This document shows, one piece after another, positions 54,800-64,000 of a DNA stretch of 64,000 nucleotides. Origin of the DNA: Octopus sinensis (taxonomy: Eukaryota); contig NC_043004.1 of the NCBI RefSeq assembly GCF_006345805.1, positions 57,226,001 to 57,290,000 of the forward strand, in the 5' to 3' direction. The notes beneath the pieces are model-generated. The model had not been told where the DNA came from and did not search any database. It saw only the letters and a program-made list of their open reading frames with translations. Within the stretch, counting starts at the first letter, position 1. Every line of letters begins with the position of its first letter. The translations under genes were made by a program, and so were the position numbers.

Positions 54800-56650
54800 A
54801 TATATATATATATAATCTACTACACCGAGTGCATATGTCTAACCTTGATGAATGTTATCAACGAGCCAGTTGGTATTTAGAATAGCTAAAAAAGCAAAGA
54901 ATACGGTGTCCTTCATTAGTGTTAAGGTGACATGAGCAAAAGACAGAAAATTTACGTCATCTATGCTTGAGTAACTAGCTGCAAAGTTCTGCTTGCTGAG
55001 GCAAATATCGCATTCATTATTTTCAAAAAATTATGAACAGTCATTCCATTTCGGTAAAAATGTGTATTTAAGTGTGTAGCGACGAGTTGGTTTGGCATAC
55101 ATAGAGTTATGATTGTATTTTGCCCGGCGTTCTAATTTTCTACTAGCTCTCCGCCTTAACTATATACGTATAATACATTAACATAAAGTCAGTCTTTTAT
55201 GACATCATCCGTTAAACAAGAGTGCTTATATGCACCACTGAATCACATGTGAGATTCTACTGTGGTAAATATCGCAGTATTGTGTTGTAGCACGACGTTT
55301 ACTTTTAAGTAGTGATTAGTTTTACTATTTCTGCCCTTTAATTATTTTTAATGAGCCCACATGTTTTTGGTGACAGCAGAGCCTGATTTGCCTGATTTGC
55401 CTGATTTGCCTGAGTGATTTTATGCATAACCGATAGCGGAACGGTTTCTGCTATTTCCAGCTCTCAGGTATTTACTATTCGCAACGCCAATGATCGAAAC
55501 TGAATGAACTAATACTCATGGTAGCGGTGGCAATGATAATTCCCCGCTAGTTGTGTAAACAAGAGTGCTTCTATGCAGCACAAAACCATGTCACAGATAC
55601 CCTGGGGGTAAATATCGCAGTATTGTGTGTTCTAACACAACATTCACTTTTAAGTCGTCATAAGACACAGTACACACGCACATAAACACACACATGCGTA
55701 CTTATATGTGAGTGTGTGTGCATGTGTGAGTGTGTGCGTGCTTGCGTTTGTATGTAATGGTATTCACGCACATTTATTTAAATATCTGAATTACGGGGCT
55801 TAGGCTGCGTATGTAGATCTATAGATATATACCAAGGAGATTGATTACATGCTAGAAGTAAAGGCGGAAATATAGCAAATGTAACAACTTCAATGAAAGA
55901 CAGGATTTGTTATACAAACTCTTCAGAGATTTTCAGTATACATGCAAAAATATAATTTCCGAATACAAACATTGATATAACCATGCTACTGATTTTATAC
56001 TGCCTATTCTTGGATTTGTGCTAAACAATCAAACGAAATCTTATCTTGATAGATTTCATGCTTCTGAACAAAAGGCATAAAAATCAGATTAGTAAGAAAC
56101 CCTTGTATACATATTTGCTCTTTGCCGATAACTTAAATGGATATTGTCACAAAACAATCAGAGAACATCAGTCCAAAAAGTATGAATTGTTAGAAGTTGG
56201 CTACTTCTTGCTTTCTTCATTACTTTGTATCTTCTTAAGGTTTCTAATATTTCTGCAGCAGAAGGGTATCTTCATATATGAATTAGTTTCATGTTATCCA
56301 AAGGTCAATGATATTATGTGAATCTTGTGCTATGTGTCTCCGATATTTGATTATTATGCAAATATTGAGAACAGGATTTGTAATCATTTCATATTTAAAA
56401 AATCTTTCGCATCGTCTCGTTTATACTAAATATCATTTACGCTTACTGACAATATCAGCACAGTTGATATTATAATATTCCACGTCTCATTCCACTCCAA
56501 TAAAGTTGCTATCGAAACAAGAATACAAGACGTTGTTACTTCACTCTACGGCCACTAGACTTAAGACACCCAAAATTGAACTCCTTCTCTAAATAAATAT
56601 ATAAGGTGAATTGATATTTATTCCAATGAAATTCATATTTCATTTAAAAT

Positions 56651-56906
56651 TAGAATGGTTGTATACTGTCAATCTAACGTGAACGTGACAGTAGGGGGTT
56701 ACACCACCGCTGTTTAGCCCTAGGAAGCATCGACGCTTCCTGCTGGCTTCGACACATTTTTCCTGTGTCCTTATATACATTTTATACATTTATATATTTA
56801 TCCACTGGAAAAATGTGTCGAAGCCAGCAGGAAGCGTCGATGCTTCCTAGGGCTAAACAGCGGTGGTGTCACGTTCACGTTAGATTCACAGTATACAACC
56901 ATTCTA
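56651..56906. repeat. Near-perfect palindrome / MITE-like element, 256 bp
   Basis: Arms 56651-56763 and 56807-56906 match apart from one substitution and a 13-nt insertion in the left arm; TA at both ends. Confidence 0.88.
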
Positions 56907-57469
56907 TCGCCCCACCACCGTACATATCTCTATGAGAGATTTAGAAATTTAATATTTCTGATTGTAAAATTAGCTTTTTATAAACTTTACATACCCTATT
57001 TTACGTTATTTTGCTCAACTCTATAGATTTTAGTTTACTATAAGTATTGCGTGAAGAGATCTCGAAATATACAGAGAGTAGTGGGGTCTCAGATTTAAGC
57101 CCCTAGGAAGGTATTTTAGTTTTGTTTTTTCTGATGTTGCTCTGGGTTGACAAATTCATTGTGAATGAATTTCGAAGAAGTAAACTGCACATGCTTCGTA
57201 TGATAATCGCCCTTCATTCGCCAATAATTCTAACAGGATAGTTAAACACAGCTATTCTCTGAATATTTTTGCACCAGCAAAGCTCCAGTGTTAAATATAA
57301 GAATAGATTCTTGAAAAGCACCCCACACTTTCCTTCTTTTTCATTATCATTAATATCATCATGTAGTCGCTGTAGTGATCATCATCATCATGATCATCAT
57401 TATTAGAAAAATATAATTGTTATATACAAACAGTACTGAACATAATTTTAAATCAGTATCAATTGTTTT

Positions 57470-57508
<39 letters not shown>

Positions 57509-58088
57509 GACACACATATATATATGTGTGTATGTTGGCCCATCATTTTCTATTTCTCTTTAAATACCATTTTCATGACGTGAACAGCATATCAAAACTG
57601 ATATCATGTAATCATAATATCAATGCAGGTGAAATTAACTTGATTGCGTACGTTGATAGTTGTCTTCAAGTTCTTCCCTGCATGTTCGTCAATTTCCTCA
57701 GATGGTTATGGGGACAAATTTGCGAAATTGGACGTCCCATTTAACTTTCGGAGCCATTAATTAAACAGCTGCCTTATATATCATAACTAGGTACAAGCTT
57801 GTCATGTATTACAATCTACATTCGTCTCATAGCGACAATCACAAGTTCTTCTATCACACTTTACGCGCTCTCCACATCAACATCGACGTTCTTACATAAG
57901 TAACTCGTCAGATATTGGAAATAACCTATATTTACTACGATCTGTCAATTTATCCCTATGGTCAGCTTTGCTAAATTTTTCTACGCATCACAATTCAATT
58001 TAATCACACAGCTTTAGGCCGATATAAAATCCAAGGAGGGGGAGTAAGGCAGGATTTATTAATATGTCTTTTTTTGTCTTTCTCTCAG

Positions 58089-58204
58089 TTATCACGGTAC
58101 TCTCTGTGGACAAACCTCTATCTGCTTCTTCAAACAAAAGTTGTCTTAAGTTCAAATTTAGACAACTGTATGTTGGAGCATCTGCAGAGTTCACGAAAAA
58201 CGGA
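58089..58204 (+). other. Candidate 116-nt exon (ITVLSVDKPLSASSNKSCLKFKFRQLYVGASAEFTKNG)
   Basis: Strong acceptor TTTTTTTGTCTTTCTCTCAG but weak donor GA|GTAAAA. Lies in a region that also looks coding on the minus strand. Confidence 0.2.
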
Positions 58205-60453
58205 GTAAAATCAGCATAATCTTTTCAAGCAGGTTGTTTAATCTCAACGTTGTATAGTGTGGATTTACAATCTTTTATTTGAACATGGAATTTGCAAGTG
58301 TTTAAGTGCTTGTCATATGTACTATACTAATCTCGATACCAAATAAAGATTTTCATAAAGCATGTCTGGGGATAATTGTGAAGGAGATCCAAAAGACCAT
58401 ACGAGCGATTACTCATCCCTAAATTACTTGGTTTCTCATGTTCAGTTTGTCCGTTATGGAAGACAGGCACCACACTTCGACTTTCATGTTGTGCAGAAAC
58501 AATGAATTTGTTTTTGGTTTTTTTGGTGTGTGTGTATATTTGTGTGTGTGTGTGTGTAGAGGACCATGGGTGTCGTAACGAAATACAGTTAGCATTTTTT
58601 ACGGAGTTCCATGATTAATGGTATCAAATGCTGCAGATGAGGAATATACTCAGACCTGTTATGCTAACAATATTTCTCCGGTTCATAGTATTCACAGATA
58701 ATTCATAATGTCTGTGGAAGAAACAAAACCATATTGAAATACGGGTCTCTGATAGTGGGATGAGTTAACCAAGAAGGACGAGCAAGACTCTTGCTGAAAA
58801 TTTTCAAAGGTTTCACAAAAGCGTGATTCGTCTATAGCACCACAATCATGATTCATATCTCCTTTTGACAACAGCACTATTGGTCCTATCACTTATACCA
58901 ATCATAATGTCTCGGTCCGTGTCATGTATTGCATGAAGGATTGTTATTAGTCCTATATATCTATATATCATGCAGCATTAATTCAAGCCGAAACGTCTTT
59001 TCTCTAGCAGAACATCTGGCTGGTTTAACAGCCACGATTAAGTCTTCTATATATTACCCAAAGCCGTTGTTGACAGCTGTTTGTTCTTTTATAAACTTTG
59101 AACCAACTGCATATCCGATGGGTTTTCGATCTGCTATCCAAGGATGTCATTGACCTTTTGCATTTCAACTATTTCGACCGGCTACGAACTTTTCTCTGCA
59201 CAATCTATTTTCTGGACTTGTTGTTAGTGTTAAGCTTCCTATTCCTCTCATTATTCTCGTTATCTTTAAACTTTTTTCTCAAAGAATATTGAAAGCACAT
59301 CTTTTGTGAGAGCTTCGCAGATATTCATACTTAATTTAGGAGGACCACTTGTGACTAGGTAGGGCAATGCAGAATACGACCCACTTGTCTGAGACAAGCA
59401 GTGTGTCTGCTGGATTGCGGTGAGGAAGTTCCAATTCAATTGCTTCTATGACCATATTCATTAGAGTGGTATTTGGAGCTTGCTGGTTTGAACTAAAAAT
59501 TCTGGGTCCCATAAAAGATTTTTTGCTTCTACTAGTATCGATCATTCACTACGTTCTCTCCTCGTACACAGTAGTTTAAATAAATAGAGTCTGGGAAATA
59601 TTGAATCTTGGCTGCGTTAGTGGGATAAGTTAGTCGAGTAAGATCTTAATCGGAAACGTTTGAAGAGTAGTCAAAGGCAAAATATCTCGATTCCTTGCTT
59701 CTCTTCTTGAAGTGGGTAATAAGGAAAATGTCTTTAGTTAAAATTCGTTCGTATCACACTGGTCTTAATACTTTCTTGCAATAGCGCCGGAGAATAAATC
59801 TCATATTCTTCGCTCAATATACGGTAACATTTTCTGAACCGGTACATTAAAACTCCTTTACTGTGAACTGTAAGTGCGACTCCATTTTAATTCTGCTCTA
59901 CAACTGGTGAAGAGATACATGTACTTGGTATAATGACATACTAAAAGATGCCATGACAAATGGAATGCATGGTAAAAGTTACATGATCATATTTAAATAT
60001 CGCAATGTTTGAAGCCAGGGAAATATTACTAATTCAAACAAAACCAACGCAGAACTGATCATGTTAATTTTTTAAATGACTTCTAGAATAGGATTTCAAT
60101 CTAGGATGTACTTCACAGACTCATAACTCTGCAGCTGTGAGTGCATGAAATAGTTGTAGCTGCACGTATATTTAACAATTCACGTGAAATACACTCCAAT
60201 GAGGAATCTTTACGGCTCCCTCTGTGACCATCAAAACAACAACCAATAAATGTTTTCTAAATATAAAATCCGTCTACGAAATTTTCTCCCCATTACTTTG
60301 AAGCAGCAATTGAATGCATGTATGATGGAAGCATTTCATATTTTATTTTCTCTCCTACGCTTTTCTCATGATTTAGTTTTCTCACGATATCGCAATCTCT
60401 CTTTCTCTCTCTCTCTCTCTCTCACACACACTCTCACATACATAAACGCAAGC

Positions 60454-60515
<62 letters not shown>

Positions 60516-60575
60516 ATATATATATATATATGTATGTATATACATATATGTATGTATGTATATATATATGTATAT

Positions 60576-60628
<53 letters not shown>

Positions 60629-60679
60629 CATCCATATATATATACATACATATATGTGTATACATGCATCCATATATAA

Positions 60680-60711
<32 letters not shown>

Positions 60712-62080
60712 CTGTGCGTGTGTGTTTGTTTGTGTGTGTGTGTGTATGCCGTCATCATCTCATTGCCTCTCTCTCTCTGTTTCCGTGGCATTTTGGTTTC
60801 AGGCCAAAATATTATTTGCCGACTTCATCCGGTCGATAAAACATGTTTGAAGAAGGGCCCATCAATATTCTATGTTCTATGGACTATTCAATATCCACAT
60901 CTACATGGGAATAAGTCAATATTCATATCTTCACTGAAACTGAATTCTTTGTTATCAAACATTCCTTCAAATATCGCTGCTCTGTTCTCTTTCTCTAAGC
61001 TGTTTTTAGGTTATCACAATAAAATTCATTTATCGACTAATCTCTTTTGTATAAGAAACTATAGATAATATTTGAAAAGTTAGAACATCATATCGTCTCT
61101 GTATATGTTATAATCTCTTGACCGCCTTTTATCTCTTGGCAGAACGTCTTCCCATTTTTCCTTTTCTTTCAACTAGTTTCCTTCTAGGCTATTCTATATA
61201 TTTTCTTCTGTTAAACAAATATTCTTATATGTTTCGTTTCACGTTCATACGTTTGCACAAAATCGAATAGAAGTCAACTTATGCTATTTTGTCTGTACGT
61301 ATAAATCTGTGGTCAGTAGACCAACAAAGGAGCCTTAACGCGCACATGGTGAAACCTGACATTATTAATGAATTCACATTTCTTTAAAATAGGATTATCC
61401 CTTAAATTTATGATTTCAGTTGATATGTACATAATATATACTAAACATAATTATACAAAACATACAAATCATACCTGATTCTTCTGAATAAGGATCAAAT
61501 ATATCCTATAGCTGTCTTAACCCTAATATTTCTTTAAGGTACGTAACAGGTAACTTTTATGATATCTAGAATATAGAACAATAATTTAAAAGAATCTCTT
61601 GTTTATCTTTTTTACCTTATATAGAGCTTCACCTCAGATGCAAAACTAACAACATCAGAACTAATTCTTTATAACATGAAACAGAACGTGTTGGAATTTC
61701 ATTTTGCTAGAAAGTCATATTTAGACGTAAGTCATTGGTAGTGACATGTAGAAGAGAGACCATTTCCATTGAAGCACAGAAATTAAAGAATGGATATGAT
61801 ACTTCTAACTTCTACCCATCTAAGAGATACCTTTTCTAATATAAACTTTTTAATATAAACTTATTCTAATATAAACTTAAATGAAAATTTATGTTTATAT
61901 TGAACAAACTGGCAGACACTTAACTGGCCGATTCTATGTGAATTCATCTACAACAGTTTGCCTACAAAAATTCATCTACAACGATTTATCTGTGTGTGGT
62001 TGTATATGTGTGTGCGTGTATGTGGGTGTGGCTGTATGAATGTGTGTGTGTGTGTGTGTGTGTGTGGTTGTATGTATGTT

Positions 62081-62780
62081 TGAGATTCTGTCGGTGTTGC
62101 TGTCAATGGAGAAGTTGCTAGTGATGGTCAGTACCTTCTTGGATTTGATGTCCAAGCTGCGTATCTCGTCCTGTGTCCAGTTTAATATCCTAAATATTGG
62201 TACTAGCACTGTCAATGTAAAGGTTTTCAGATATACATTAACTGCAAACAGCTCTAAGTTCCTATTTTCCCATATCTTTTGTTATTCTCGCTTTGGTAAG
62301 ACATCTAACGTATGCAACATTCTCAACAATCCCGGGTTACTGGAATGTTTTATTAGAGATAGGGGAGATAGCCAAGGCGTTGACATATATGTTCTCTGTC
62401 TGTTCGATAATCTTTTCTCGGTTGATAATCATGTATGGGCATTTATTATTCCCAACTCCATTCCAATTGTCTCTTCATGCTTATTATATTAGCAGAATAT
62501 AACTTTATGTCATCAAAAAATGAGTTGGAGATATTGATATTATTTTCTTCTGCACATCCCAGAAATGGTATTTTTGTTAAAAGGAATGACAAGGAGGTAC
62601 CTGCCAATACAAACAACATCACAGACGAACTATCGCCTAAAAATATGCATGTTGATAGCTTAATTCTGTGTGTAACAATATGTGTTGCTTTCATAGTTTC
62701 TAGGATAACAGTGTGCCATTTTGTCGTCAGTTTTTCAATGGCATTCACTACGGCCGCTGGTGTAGAGTTTCTATCATCCA
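62081..62780 (-). mobile_element. Old R4/Dong-like RT fragment (third subfamily)
   Basis: CIFLGDSSSVMLFVLA, FFDDIKLYSAN and ILNWTQDEIRSLDIKSKKVLT align with GIFQGDSLSPLLFCLA, YMDDLKLFAKN and IVNWSITEICNVDRKIRKLLT of the 1002-2381 ORF. May extend to about 63000 across a microsatellite. Confidence 0.75.
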
Positions 62781-63479
62781 TGTATATGTATGTATTATGT
62801 GAGCATGTATGTGTGTATGTATGTGCATGTGTTTGTGTATGTATGTATGAGTGTATGTATGTGTGTGTGTGTATGTGAACGCTTGGGAGTGTAGGTGAGC
62901 ATACATGCATTGTAATGATCGCGGAATTATTACAAAATTTATTGTGACAGTTAAGGAAGGAATTGATACCTGTATTCCTCGCGATTGTTTTTGATTTCTG
63001 GCCTTTATCTTTCGAAGAAGCACGTGAATATCATAGCTTCGTACATTGATTCGTCATATCTCCCGTGATTTTACAGGTTTCTCAGCAGGAAGTACCAGCA
63101 AATATATAGTTTCAAATCAATTATCATTCTTTATACTTAGCTCTCCACAAACAGTTACTACAAAGCTGATCAAAATTAAATGACATTTACTGAGATAGCC
63201 TATATAAATAAAACATGGTGTAGCTGAGAAATTTCAATGTCTGTGTAAGCAATTGTAATATATAAAATGAATTGATAATAATTTAGTAACCATAGTTTCA
63301 AGATTCAGCAACATATTTCTTCATACATTTTAAGTTAAATATTACAATTTATCACAAAGTACATGTTTGCAATCATATCCTTGGGAAGTCAAACTGAGCA
63401 AAATACCTCTAGTTTAAAGTGGTAAAATGTAACTGGAAGGTGAGTTGCTGATAAATACAAATATATGCATACACACTTT

Positions 63480-63513
<34 letters not shown>

Positions 63514-63516
63514 ATA

Positions 63517-63549
<33 letters not shown>

Positions 63550-63561
63550 AAAACTATTCTG

Positions 63562-63944
63562 TTACTCTCTGTTACTTGTTTCAGTCTTTTGACTGTGGCC
63601 ATGCTGGTGCACCGCCTTTAGTCGAGCAAATCGACTCCAGGACTTAATCTTCGTAAACCTAGTACTTATTCTATCGGTCTCTTTTGCCTAATCGCTAAGT
63701 TACTGGGACGTAAACACACCAGCATCAGTTGCCAAGCTACACAGAAACATATACGCACACATACATACATGTATACATATATACGACAGGCTTCTTTCAG
63801 TTTCCGTCTACCAAATCTACTCACAAGGCTTTGGTTGGTCCGAGGCTATATTGGAAGACACTTGTCCAAGGTGCTACGCAGTGGGACTGAACCTGGAACC
63901 ATGTGGTTGGTAAGCTAGCTACTTACCACACTGCCACTCCTGCG

Positions 63945-63946
<2 letters not shown>
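63562..63946 (-). mobile_element. SINE family A, full length
   Basis: Reverse complement of the 43557 copy; (TA)n on both flanks. Confidence 0.92.

Positions 63947-64000
<54 letters not shown>

Overview
Very AT-rich, microsatellite-laden animal DNA, most likely an Octopus-type coleoid cephalopod (inferred from the SINE families and repeat density). No intact host gene could be identified, and nearly all long ORFs in the track are (TA)n/(TATG)n artefacts. Transposon content: a near-complete mariner (DD34D, one frameshift), a long 5'-truncated R4/Dong-type non-LTR element plus two smaller relatives, a CR1-type 3' end, three tRNA-derived SINE families, and decayed mariner, hAT and other fragments. 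There are at least seven fold-back structures. Most interesting: (i) a rearranged repeat of about 480 bp at 18.5-19.4 kb carrying two copies of a foldable type I hammerhead ribozyme (retrozyme/Penelope-like candidate); (ii) a separate family of minimal Penelope-type hammerheads with a palindromic stem III (12.7, 14.5, 15.0 kb); (iii) a branch point-polypyrimidine-CAG|GTAAGT site at 48044/48045, suggesting recursive splicing in a plus-strand intron; (iv) a head-to-head tRNA-like palindrome beside the (TAA)n run that holds the R4/Dong element. All family assignments come from motif recognition by eye, without database searches.
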